From the NCBI GenBank assembly GCA_963847445.1, contig CAWJZV010000048.1, positions 192,001-256,000 of the forward strand: DNA of 64,000 nt, in the 5' to 3' direction. The DNA comes from an uncultured delta proteobacterium. GTDB lineage: Bacteria > Desulfobacterota > Binatia > UBA9968. The notes beneath the pieces are model-generated. The model did not search any database. It was not told the DNA's origin and saw nothing but the letters and a program-made list of their open reading frames with translations. Of the stretch, positions 1 to 10,580 are shown one piece after another. A program made the position numbers and the translations under genes. Within the stretch, counting starts at the first letter, position 1, and each line of letters starts with the position of its first letter.

Positions 1-793
1 GCAGCAGTATTCCCGGCCAGCCCGGGCCGAGCACCACGTCCATGGTTCCCGCCGGCGCGTCTTCGGCGCTCAGGTTCAACACCGCCTGGCGCACCGCTTC
101 GCGGGCGTAGCGCTCATAATCGCGGCCGTCGACAAAGAAGCCGAACTCCACCCGCCCGCCGCCGCCGAAGCTGCCGACCTGGCGGTTGCCGTTTTCTTCG
201 ACGATGCAGGTGACGTTGAGGCGCGTCAGCGGCTGGATATCGCCGACCACCATGCCCTGCGACGACGCGACGAGGATCACTTTGTACTCGGCGCCGATGG
301 AGGCGAAACACGTTTTTCACCCGCGGGTCGAGGGCGCGGGTAAACTTATCGATCTCGTAAAGCAGCGCAACTTTCCTGTCCAGCGGAACGTCGTTGACCG
401 GCGTCTTGATCGCGTAGAGATCATGGGCCGCGCCGGGCTGCTGGCCCACTCTGCGCCGGCACTTGCGCCGGCCGGTTCTGGGCAATGTATTGCGCCGTGC
501 GGGCGGCGATCTTCGAGATTCTCGATGGTGATGTCGTCGGTGTAGGCGTAACCGGTCTTGGTTTCCGCCAGCACGCGCACGCCGACGCCGTTGGACGTCG
601 ACTGGGAACAGTTCTTGACCATCCCCTCTTCCAGACTGATGCCTTCGTTGCGCCGGTATTCGAAAAACAGGTCGGCGTAGTCGGCTTTCTTGCCCATGGC
701 CGCGTCGAGGACCTTTTCCAAGTCGTGGTTGCGGATGCCGAAGTTTCGATCGAAGAAGAATTGGGCTGGAACCGGTGCGTCTGCCATGGCCAT
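1..793 (-). CDS. tldD: TldD metalloprotease, N-terminal part (frameshifted, runs off window start)
   Basis: ADYADLFFEYRRNEGISLEEGMVK and GVGVRVLAETKTGYAY match the TldD/PmbA N-terminus; continues in other frames (KVALLYEIDKFTRALDPRV; GTMDVVLGPGWPGILL near base 1). Confidence 0.85.
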
Positions 794-924
794 TTCACCT
801 CGCTTATAACTTCACAAGATAGAGGATTTACAGCCAAAAACCAGCGTCTTGCAGTCTAATAATCTGTTGATCGCAGTGACGCCGTTGGGCTAGTATTTGC
901 GCATCAAATCATAGGTAGAGGACC

Positions 925-1993
925 ATGGCACAGAAAAAAATCGTTCACATCGTCGGCACCGGCACCATCGGCGAGCCGCTGGTCTGCATTCTTTCCACCT
1001 TTAAGGAGCAGTTTGGCATCGACGAAGTGACCTTTCATAAGCGCACGCCGTTGCTGACCGACCGCTCGAAAGTACTGGTGTCCTGCGACAAGGGCGCCAA
1101 ACTCGCCGTCGACAAGGAGCGCTGGCAGAAATTTGTCGACATGGGCATGACGCCCACCCTCGAAGCCGAGGAAGCGATCGAGCGCGCCAGCGTCGTCATC
1201 GATTGCACGCCCGGTGGGCAATCAGAATAAGGAAAAACTTTATAACAAGTACGCCAACAACGGCCGCGGCTTTATCGCCCAGGGCAGCGAAGATGGCTTC
1301 GGCAAGAAATACGCACGCGGCATCAACGACAAGGCCCTGGTCAAAGGCCAGGACCAGTTCATCCAGGTCGTCAGCTGCAATACCCACAACTTGGCAGTGC
1401 TGATCGACACCATCGCGTTGGGACCAGAGAAGGAAGACAACCTGGCCGAGAGCCGCTTCGTGTGCATGCGGCGCGCCAACGATTTAAGCCAAGAAGGCGA
1501 TTTCATTCCGGCGCCCGAAGCGGGCAAACATGACGATCCACAGTTCGGCACCCATCAGGGACATGACGCCCACGCGTTATTCAAGACCATGGGACTGGAT
1601 TTGAATATTTTCTCCTCGGCTTTGAAGCTCAACACCCAGTACATGCACACGATTCATTTCAACTTGCGGCTGCGCCGCGCCATCGACATGGACGAACTAA
1701 TGCGCCGGTTCCGCTCGACGCGCCGAGTGGCGATGACCAACAAGGCGTCGTCGGCTTCGGTGTTTTCCTTCGGCCGCGATCATGGTCTGTTCGGCAGGAT
1801 TCTCAACCAGACGGTGATCGTCGCCCAGAGCCTGGCGATCCATAACGACAAGGAAGTCATCGGCACCTGTTTCACGCCGCAGGATGGCAATTCGCTCTTG
1901 AGCAGCATCGCCGCGTCGTTGTGGTTTCTGTACCCCGACTCCTACGAGGAGAAATTGGCGCCCGTGCGGCCGTATTTTTTCAGCGAGATCTAA
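925..1993 (+). CDS. Class II (archaeal-type) glyceraldehyde-3-phosphate dehydrogenase-like protein; one frameshift near 1214
   Basis: Rossmann motif VHIVGTGTIG, VVIDCTP, catalytic-type VVSCNTH, then MRRAND and GTHQGHD, resembling the archaeal GAPDH motifs VVSCNT / RRxxDP / PSHHGPD. Confidence 0.7.
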
Positions 1994-2011
1994 GAGCAAA
2001 TTAGTTCGGTG

Positions 2012-2049
2012 AAAAGGGATCGAAGGCCGGCGCTTTCGGTCCCTTTTTT
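2012..2049. terminator. Probable bidirectional intrinsic terminator
   Basis: AAAAGGGATCGAAGGC...GCTTTCGGTCCCTTTTTT hairpin with A and T tails, between convergent genes. Confidence 0.6.
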
Positions 2050-2513
2050 ATTGGCTGACATCGGCATTGAAGCCGTCGAACTGCACGCGAGTCGCCGGCT
2101 TTGAAGCCATGCCGCTTCGACAGACCGCCGTTGATTTCAAACACGAACTGACTTTTGCCGTCGACGGACCGCGGGTCGAGGGAAAATGGCGTGGCTTGCT
2201 CGACGATGCCGACGATCTTACGGTCGCGGCCGATGAAGATCATGTCCAACGACCGCGGCGTGTTCTTCATCCAGAAGGACTGCTGCGACTCGCTGGGAAA
2301 GAGAAAGATCATGCCGCGGTCGTCGGCCAGTTCGGTGCGGTACATCAAGCCCATCTCGCGCTTGCCCGGAGTGTCGGCGACTTCCACCTGAAAGCCGACT
2401 TGGCGGCCGTCTTTGGTGGTGATCGTCACTTTGGGTTGGGCATCGCAGGCGGATACTGCGAATACCAAAGAGCCAGACAAAAACGCGTCAAGCGCACTGC
2501 CATAGTTGCGCAT
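2048..2513 (-). CDS. DUF192 family protein (possible lipoprotein); frameshift near 3' end
   Basis: VEVADTPGKREMGLMYR, GMIFLF, FWMKNT and LDMIFI are typical DUF192 motifs. Confidence 0.85.
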
Positions 2514-2514
2514 G

Positions 2515-4518
2515 TTACTTGCTCAGGCTGCGGGCGACGATCTCGGCCACATCCAAAACTTCCATGGCGGTCTCCGGCTCTTCCTTCGCAGTCTCTTCGG
2601 TGAGCATGCGCATGCAAAACGGACAGCCGGTGGCAACGGTTTTGGCGCCGGTCTGTTTCAGCTCACGGTAGCGGTTGGTGCTGACCCGCTCTTTGCCTTT
2701 TTCTTCTTCTTTCCAGAACTGGCCGCCGCCGGCGCCGCAGCAAAAACTGTTGCTGCGATTGCGGCTGGGCTCGGTCAACTTGGCACCGGTGGACTCGATC
2801 AGGCGCGCGGCTGATCGAAGATGCCGTTATGCCGGCCCAGATAGCAGGGGTCGTGATAGGTCACCGAGCCGTTGCCATCGCTGGTGAGCTTCAGCTTGCC
2901 GCGTCTCGACCAGCTCAGTCGATGAAGTCGGTGTGATGCTTGACGACGTAATTGCCGCCAAACTGCGGGATACTCATTGGCAATGGTGTGAAAACAATGC
3001 GGACATGTAGTGACGATGGTTTTGGCTTTGATCTCGTTCAACACGCCGATATTTTCTTCGGCCATCTGGACGAATAGATATTCGTTGCCGGTGCGCCGCG
3101 CCGTGTCGCCGGTGCATTTCTCGTCCTTGCCGATCACCGCCCAGTCCAGTCCGGCGGCGTTGAAGATCGTCGCCATGCTCTGGGCGATCTTTTGCGCCCG
3201 CGGATCGAAGGCGACGGCACAACCGACCCAGTAGAGCACTTCCGGATCGGGCTTTGTCCGCCAACGTCGGCACCGCAAACGGCAATCCCTTCGTCCAGGC
3301 GAGCCGCTCATCGACCGGCCATGCCGAATGGGTTGCCGGCCCGCTCCATGTGATTGAAAGTATTTTGCAGTCCTTTGGGAAACTCCGCCGCGCCCAGCAC
3401 GCGCTCGCGGCGCACGTCGATGATATGCAGCATCTGCTCGTTGCCCACCGGACAGACTTCAATGCAAGCGTTGCAGGTCGTGCAGGCCCAGGCCGACTCT
3501 TCGTTGAGCGCGAAGTCGAGCAGCGGCCGCGGGCTCTCTTGGCCTTGGGAAAAGCTCGGAAAAATCTTGTTGAGCTCGTAGCGCTCGTTGATCAGCATGG
3601 CCGCCGGGCTCAGCGCCTTGCCGGTGTTGGATGCCGGACAGACATCCTGGCAGCGGTTGCACATGATGCAGCTGTAGGAATCCAACAGCCGCGGCCAGGT
3701 GAAGTCCTCTAGTTTTGCCGCGCCGAAGGTTTCTTCTTTCTCGAAGTCCATCGGTTGCAGCACGCCGGGCTTGTCTTTTTTCAAAGCCAAATTGATCGGC
3801 GCGAGAAATATATGAATATGTTTGGAGCGCGGAAAATAGGGAATGAACAGCAAGATCGAACCGAGGGCGCCCCACCAGAAAAAATGGTTGAGAAAATTCG
3901 AGGACGCCGGGAGCGAAACCAGTGAACAGTCCGGCAAACAGCGAGCCGACCGGTTGAAACGGATCGCTGCCCTGCTGGGCCAGTTGCGTCGCCTTGAACA
4001 GCAGCCTGCAGCCGACGTGAAAGATGATAAAGCACGCGACAAAGGTCGAGTCGCGAAATATGCCGGCGCGCACTTCCGGTTGCACCGGAGTATTCTCGGC
4101 AAATGCGAAATCCTGCGGCTTAACCAGCAGACGGCGAATCACCATGCCGACCATGCCGGTCAGCACACTGGCGGTGAGCAGATCGCCGGCGATATTGAAA
4201 GGATTCCAGAGACCGCCGCGCGCATGGATACCGAAGAAGCCTTCGAGAACATCGACAAGGTTAACCAGGAAGTAAAAAATAAAACCGTAGAAGATCATCG
4301 CGTGGAGCAACGACACCACCGGCCGTTTCTTGAACACGCTTTGTTGGGTCAAGACAATCCACAGGGCACGGCGAATGCGGTCGGCGAGATTGTCGAAGCG
4401 CGCATCCGGCTTGCCCCGGGCGATCGCCCGGTAAACGTCGTAAAGTCTTGCTGCCGCCGTAGTAGAGCGAGCCGGCGGCGAGCAGAACAAACGAAATCTT
4501 TTCAAGTGTCGTCAACAT
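2515..4518 (-). CDS. Membrane-bound Fe-S oxidoreductase (FadF/HdrD-like: TM region, 2x4Fe-4S, CCG domains); several frameshifts
   Basis: CIMCNRCQDVCP, CTTCNACIEVCP, YWVGC, TTCPHC, YHDPCYLGR, CCGAGGG and GCPFC spread over adjacent frames. Confidence 0.85.
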
Positions 4519-4807
4519 CGCGGTGCAGACCGCCCTCCGTTTCAATCCTTACTTAACGTTGACAGAACGACTTTGTCAAAATATCGGCGAGAAATTATCA
4601 CTAGCGCGGCAAATCCCCCGCCACCCCACCACATTTCAAGCGACCGAAACCGGCTGTGCTACAGCGCTGAGCCTATTGCAATCACCACAAAGGATAGGAA
4701 GACAAAAGTCGGGGCATAAAATCTTATCCCGACGAAACCTTCGTGTCCTAACTGGTAAGCTGTCCTTTGCGAATTGCGTTCTTTGCACGGCAATAGCTCA
4801 AAGATTG

Positions 4808-4998
4808 CTGGCTTGCGCAAATTTTCCGCAGCGGCATCGTAGGCTGCGTGCTCAATGGAGAATCCGATCTCACCACGAAGGACACGAAGAGCACGAAGTT
4901 CGGAGTACTAATTTTCCGAACATCGTGTCCTTCGTGAGCTTCGTGGCGAAAACTCTTTGCATTTGGTTGCGGCTCTGCCGCGCTATGATCTTCGTGGT
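4808..4998. repeat. Composite palindromic intergenic repeat (CACGAAG/CTTCGTG nonamer arms plus a GCGGC-N3-GCCGC hairpin)
   Basis: caccacgaag-gacacgaag-agcacgaag...cttcgtg-agcttcgtgg; shares GGCTTGCGCAAATTTT and GGTTGCGGCTnnGCCGCrCTATG with 59430-59730. Confidence 0.65.
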
Positions 4999-5035
4999 CA
5001 ACCCTATCCCTAGTTGCACGGTCGCTCAGCGACAA

Positions 5036-5818
5036 TTACGCGGCAAAGCCCAAACGGCGCGACAGTTCATCGCCGGCCCGCAGCAAGCTCGGCGTGATAT
5101 CCTTGTCGATCGCGTCATCGATCAGCCGCTGACTCGGGCCCACCACGGCCAGCGTGCCGACCAACGTGCGCGTATAGTCGCGGATCGGCACCGCCACCGA
5201 GTTCACCTCTTCGGTAAACTCGCCTTTTTCGACGGCGTAGCCCGGTCGAGACGATTTGACCGATATGCTCGTCCAAAGCGCTGCGCTCGACGATCGTCTT
5301 GTCGGTGAAACGTTCGAGCCGTTCGGCGAGGGTCTGACGCAGCGCGCCGTCGGCTTCGAATGCCAAGTGAATCTTTCCCGCCGCCGTGCAATGGGCCGGC
5401 AACGCCGTGCCCAGGAACGACACCACCCGCACGGCGCGTTGCGGCTCGACAAAATCCAGCGGCATGATGACACCGCCCTTGCGGATGCCGACATAAACGC
5501 TTTCTCTGGTCGATTTCGCCAAGCGATTCAAGGATCGTCCGGGATTGCATCAGCAAACCCATCTGGTGAATGTAGGTCTGGCCGATTTGCAGACACTTCG
5601 AGTCCAAGCCGGTAGTTTTCCGAGGATTTGTTCTGTTCGATATAGCCGCGCGCTTCGAGGGTCGCCAGCAGGCGAAACACGTTGTTCTTGTGCAGCTTCA
5701 AACGCTTACTGAGTTCGGTGACGCCGATCTCGTCGACGTTGCCGCTGAACTGTTCCAAGACATCGAGCGCATGGGACACCGATTGAATGACGTAATTAGC
5801 TTTCTCGCGCCGAACCAT
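5036..5818 (-). CDS. IclR family transcriptional regulator (frameshifted)
   Basis: IQSVSHALDVLE, GVTELSKRLKLHKNNVFRLLATL (HTH), PAHCTAAGK, GYAVEKGEF and SVAVPI. Confidence 0.9.
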
Positions 5819-6181
5819 GTTGCCTCCATGAACCGATTAAGACCGCCCGCCGGCTAGCATCGAGAGCAGTTAACAAATCCAGCCAGAAATGGCGTTTTAA
5901 GCTAACCCAAGGAGCTTGTCAAACCATGGAAAATCGCGGTCGAGCAGCCGCACCACGGTCCATTGCTTGGCCATTAGCCGACGAGTGCCAAGGACCGATA
6001 ATCAACCAGTGTCGCAAATTGGCACCAACGCAGCCGGACAATGCGGCGATGGCGCGGCTCGATCTCCGCAGCAGTGAAAAAATTTCTACGCTTGCCGCAT
6101 CGACACAAAATGCCGGGTCAAGCGAATAGACGTCCAGGCAACCGGCCGACGATACTCTATCAGCAGCAGCCTGCAGCGCCC

Positions 6182-6210
6182 TTGACGCGTCAACATCAAT
6201 GCGGCACTAT
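6182..6210 (+). promoter_or_regulatory. Candidate sigma70 promoter of the trp leader, with a 12-bp palindrome over the -35 box
   Basis: TTGACG-N17-CACTAT; TTGACGCGTCAA (6182-6193) is a perfect palindrome; the predicted start site falls at about the ATG at 6218. Confidence 0.4.
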
Positions 6211-6217
6211 GCCGGTC

Positions 6218-6348
6218 ATGACGCGCATTGCGAATAATGTTTGGCCTGGCTGGCGGCGCTGGTGTTGGAACCAGCCAGCACCATGGCTGAATGCGTCTGT
6301 CGATCGAACTGACAAAAGGGCCATAGGTGAATCACTTATGGCCCTTTT
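6218..6348 (+). promoter_or_regulatory. trpL: Tryptophan attenuator: Trp-rich leader, pause hairpin, antiterminator and terminator
   Basis: Leader MTRIANNVWPGWRRWCWNQPAPW has 5 TGG codons. GGTGTTGG(6261-68) pairs with CCAGCACC(6275-82); CACCATGGC(6279-87) pairs with GCCATaGGTG(6320-29); 16-bp terminator stem 6314-6348 ends in TTTT, 13 bp before the trpE ATG. Confidence 0.75.
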
Positions 6349-6361
6349 AATTTATTGCGCA

Positions 6362-7852
6362 ATGATCCAACCAAGCTTCAAAGAATTCTGCCGGCTCGCC
6401 AAGCAGGGCAACTTAGTGCCGATCTATCAAGAACTCTTGATGGACCTGGAAACCCCGCTGTCGTTTTTCAAGCGTCTCGAGCGCGACCGTTATGCGTTCA
6501 TTTTAGAAAGCGTCGAAGGCAGCGAGCGCTGGGCGCGCTATTCGTTTCTCGGCACCCGGCCGCAGCGGATCTTCAAAGCGCGCGGCAACCAAGTCGAAAT
6601 CATCGACAACGGCAAGGTCAGAAAATGGCAAACCGACGCGCCGCTAAAAGCGCTGGAAGAACTGCTGAAGGATTACCGGCCAGTGCCGGTGCCCGGCGTT
6701 CCGCCTTTTTTCGGCGGCGCCCTGGGCTACGTCGCCTACGATGCCGTCGAGCAATTTCACGGCATCGTCAACGACAAGAAAGATCCCCTCGGCATGCCCG
6801 AGATTTTCTTCTTGTTCGTGCAAACCCTGGTCGCCTTCGACAATCTCAAACACACCATCAAAGTGATCGACAACGTCCAGATCGAACCCGGCACGAATTT
6901 GCGCCGCGCCTACGATGGCGCGGTTAAGCGAATTCACAAAGTCATCTCGACGCTACAGAAAAAACCGCGCGGCATCGAACCGCGCGACTTGAGCCCGGCC
7001 AGCGGCAAGCGCAAATTCCGCTCCAATTTGAGCCCCAAAGCATTTCACCAGGCGGTCAACCGGGCCAAGGAATATATCAAAGCCGGCGACATCATTCAGA
7101 CCGTGCTGTGCCAAAGACTGGAAACCGAAACCGACAGCGATCCGTTCGAAATCTATCGCGCCCTGAGATTCGTCAATCCGTCGCCCTACATGTATTACCT
7201 GGAGTTGGAGGACCTGCGGGTCATCGGCTCGTCGCCGGAAACCATGGTGCGCCTCACCGGCGATACCATCGAGCTGCGCCCCATCGCCGGCACCCGCCGG
7301 CGCGGCGCCACGCCGGAAGAAGAACGCGAGCTCGAAGCCGAACTGCTGGCGGACCCGAAAGAACGCGCCGAGCATATCATGCTGGTCGACCTCGGCCGCA
7401 ACGATGTCGGCCGGGTCGCCGCCATCGGCAGCGTCGAAGTCAACGAGCTGATGGCCATCGAACGCTATTCCCATGTCATCCATATCGTCTCCAACGTGCG
7501 CGGCAAGCTGGCCGCAGGACAAAACCCCCTTCGATCTGTTCGTCTCGGCCTTTCCCGCCGGCACCGTCTCCGGGCGCGCCGAAGATCCGCGCCATGCAGA
7601 TCATCGCCGAGCTGGAACCGCAAAAGCGCAGTCTCTACGCCGGCGCCATCGGCTACTTCGGCTACAACGGCAACTTGGACACCTGCATCGTCATCCGCAC
7701 CATCGTCATGAAAGGCAAGAAAGTTATTTATCAACGCCGGCGCCGGCATCGTCGCCGACTCCGATCCGGAGCTGGAGTACCAGGAGACCTTGAACAAAGC
7801 CCGCGCCATGCTGCGCGCCGTGGAGCTCGCCGAGCAGTGGAGGAAGCGATGA
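6362..7852 (+). CDS. trpE: Anthranilate synthase component I (two frameshifts near 3' end)
   Basis: [48 protein letters not shown] and GAPKIRAM. Confidence 0.95.
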
Positions 7853-8417
7853 TCCTGCTCATCGATAATTACGATTCCTTCACCTACAACCTGTACCATT
7901 ATCTGGGCGAGCTCGGCGCCGAGGTGCGGGTCGTCTACAACGACAAAATCAGCCTCGACGAGATCGCCGCGCTGCGGCCTGAGAAGATCGTCATCTCGCC
8001 GGGCCCATGCACGCCGAAGGAAGCCGGCATTTCCTGCGATGTCGATCAAGCGCTTCGGCGCGCAGACGCCGATTCTCGGCGTCTGCCTCGGCCATCAATC
8101 CATCGGCGCCGCCTACGGCGGCAGGATCGTCCGCGCGCCGTCGATCATGCATGGCAAGCTATCCGATGTCAGCCACGACGCCAAAACGATTTTCCGCGGC
8201 TTGAAAAACCCCTTCGCCGCCATGCGCTATCATTCGCTGGTGATCGATCCAAAGAGTTTACCGGCGGAACTGATCGTCAGCGCCCGCACCGACGACGGCG
8301 TGATCATGGCCGTGCGCCATCAGGAATTTCCCGGTCGAAGGCGTGCAGTTTCATCCGGAATCGATCCTCGCCGAAGAAGGCAAAAAGCTGCTGAAAAATT
8401 TTCTCGATAACTACTAA
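7849..8417 (+). CDS. trpG: Anthranilate synthase component II / glutamine amidotransferase (frameshifted)
   Basis: [32 protein letters not shown] and GVQFHPES; ATGA overlap with trpE. Confidence 0.9.
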
Positions 8418-8420
8418 AAG

Positions 8421-8844
8421 ATGAAGCTGCTGTGCTTCCAAGCCAAACGCTTTCGCTGGAAGACCCATTCAAAAACGCTTGCCCGATGTCGCCGACCAAG
8501 ACATCGACCAGGAAGTCTGTGAAACGGTCGTGGTGTTTCTCCACGCCGAAGCCGCCGACGGCGACGCCGAGAGAACGCGCCATCGGTGCTGCGCCAGAGC
8601 TTGAAGCATATCAAATGGCTCGCCAACAAACGCGAGTTGAAAAATATCGTGCTCCATTCCTTCACCCATCTTGGCGGCGCCACCGCTTCGCCCGCGTTGG
8701 CCGAATCTTTCATTGACCACGTTGCAGCAACGCTTGAGCGAGACCGGCTATCAAGTCTGGACCACGCCCTTCGGTTATTTTTGCGAGTGGGACTTGAGCG
8801 TCTACGGCGAGAGCCTCGCCAAGGTTTGGAAAGAGATTCACTGA
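8421..8844 (+). CDS. Free-standing archaeal-type threonyl-tRNA synthetase editing domain (DTD-like fold); frameshifted
   Basis: Joined frames read MKLLCFQAKRFRWK...VVVFLHAE...IVLHSFTHLG...TPFGYFCEWDLSVYGESLAKVWKEI, resembling the archaeal motifs IVLYPxAHL / PFGYYK / GHPLA. Confidence 0.8.
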
Positions 8845-8939
8845 AACCCGGCATGCTCAACTAACTCGCGAAATTTCGACCCAAGTTTGCCGACCGTGCT
8901 ATAATCTCCGACAGGAGATACAGATTTGGGAGGAATTCC

Positions 8940-9496
8940 ATGAAACTTTGACGGCAGAAAGATGAATTGCTGGAGCGATCGCATTGGCGATCCTCTTACT
9001 CGTCACCGGCCTGCAAAAAGGCCGAGGAAGCCGCGAGCCCCGACGATCTGCCCGACCTAAACAAACAAATCCGCCCCTACGTCACCATCGAAAACACCAA
9101 GTTGCGCAGCGGACCCGGTCCGCAGTTTCGCGGTATCGCCGACATTCCGGCCAACGCCAAGATCCATGTCGTTGGCCGCGACGGCGATTGGGCATTGATC
9201 GTCTCGAAGAAAGGCAATGCTCCGGGATTCATCGAACTGGCGGCGATCAAGCCCGGCGAAGGCGAAGCTGAAAAAGAAGCCGGAATTCGGCGAAGCAGCG
9301 CCGGGTCGAAGGTAGATACGAAGCAGTGGCCGATACCCAGGTGCGCAGCGGTCCCGGACTGCATTATCCGTCGCTTGCCGATATCGCCAAAGGCACCAAG
9401 CTCAACGTCGTCGATGAAGAAAAAGGCTGGTTGAAAGTCGAATCCAGACGCGGCAACAAACCCGGCTACGTCGAGGCGAGTTTGGCTAAGCCGTAA
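8940..9496 (+). CDS. Exported protein (probable lipoprotein) with two bacterial SH3 domains; frameshifted
   Basis: LRSGPG...KIHVVGRDGDWALI...PGFI and VRSGPG...KLNVVDEEKGWLKV...PGYV. Confidence 0.7.
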
Positions 9497-9528
9497 ACGA
9501 ATAGTCGACGCCGAATCGCTCGTCGACA

Positions 9529-10501
9529 CTAGATCTTCAACAACCTGCGCCGCCGTGCCGCCGAGCATATCTTCCCGGTTCTTCTCGCTGAGCGGCAATC
9601 TGGCGCACCGCTTCGACATAGTTGCGCAGCTCGCTCATCCCCTTTCCCGTGTCGGTGTTCACGCCGGTGAAGTCCTGCGGATAGTCGCTGGCGAAAACTA
9701 AACGCTCGGGGCGGATGCCTTCGAGGGCGCAGTTGAGCGCGGTGGTGCCGCCTTCGAAGCCGGCCATGTCGAAATAGACCATGTCGTAATATTCGCCGAA
9801 GGGCTTCTTGAGCGTGCCGAAGCGGTAACCTTTGCCGACCAGCCGGTCCTTCACCGCGGCGATGCCGCCACCGAAATGGGCCATGACGATTTTCAAGTCG
9901 GGATAACGGTCGTAAATGCCGCCGGCAATCAAGCGCGTCGTCGCCACGGTCAAGTCGACTTCGCGGCCCAGTACGCGCGGCAGATCGTAATCCTTCAAAT
10001 GCTCGTAGCCGGTGGGCACCAAGGCCGGATGGACAAACACCGGCAGCGTCGAGCTCGCAGGCCAATTCATACAAGTCGTAAAGCTTCGGCGAGTCGAGGG
10101 AGAGGCCGCCAACCTGCGAGGTGATCGTCATGCCGCGCAGCCCCAAGTCGGCGAGCGCCCGGCGCAGTTCGGCGATGGCGGATTTCCCCTCCAGCACTGG
10201 CGCCTGGGCCAAGCCGACAAAGTGGCGTGGATATTTTTTCTCGATCGCCGCCAGATCGTCGTTGATGAAGCGGCATTCATCGAGCGGCGCCGACCAGCCG
10301 AGCAGACAAGACAAGACCGAAACATCCACGCCCGCCTCGTCCATGTCTTGGAGCTGCAATTCCAAGTCGTAAAGCCGCTGGTGCATGGTCGTCGCCGGCA
10401 GTCCGCCTTCCTGCAGCAAAGTTCTGCCCGTGTCCGAATAGAGTCCGCGCTTTTTCGCCAACTGCGACTGGAATATAGTGATGTTGAAAATCGACAACCA
10501 T
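9529..10501 (-). CDS. Amidohydrolase_2 family protein (ACMSD/decarboxylase-like); frameshifted
   Basis: VDFQHHYIP, MDEAGVDVSVLS, PVFVHP, AHFGG and FASDYP. Confidence 0.85.
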
Positions 10502-10580
10502 GTCGGCTTCCTTTCGTTCGCTCAAGTGATTTCGGCGCGCTACCGCGTGATCGAGCGACGCAATGCCATGACTATGGCTA

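Noticed and set aside
4523-5035. ORFs 4523..5308 and 4748..5035 (also 59429-59976 and 32090-32531)
   Set aside because: These are translations of palindromic repeats (HHEGHEEHE, FVSFV, FASLR patterns) or antisense shadows; no protein family evidence.
6041-6361. 107-aa N-terminal extension of TrpE in the ORF track
   Set aside because: TrpE homology starts at ATG 6362; the upstream part contains the promoter, Trp leader and terminator.
7500-8400. Programmed frameshifting or a trpE-trpG fusion
   Set aside because: Indels are scattered window-wide with no consistent slippery site, and trpE/trpG show a normal ATGA overlap.
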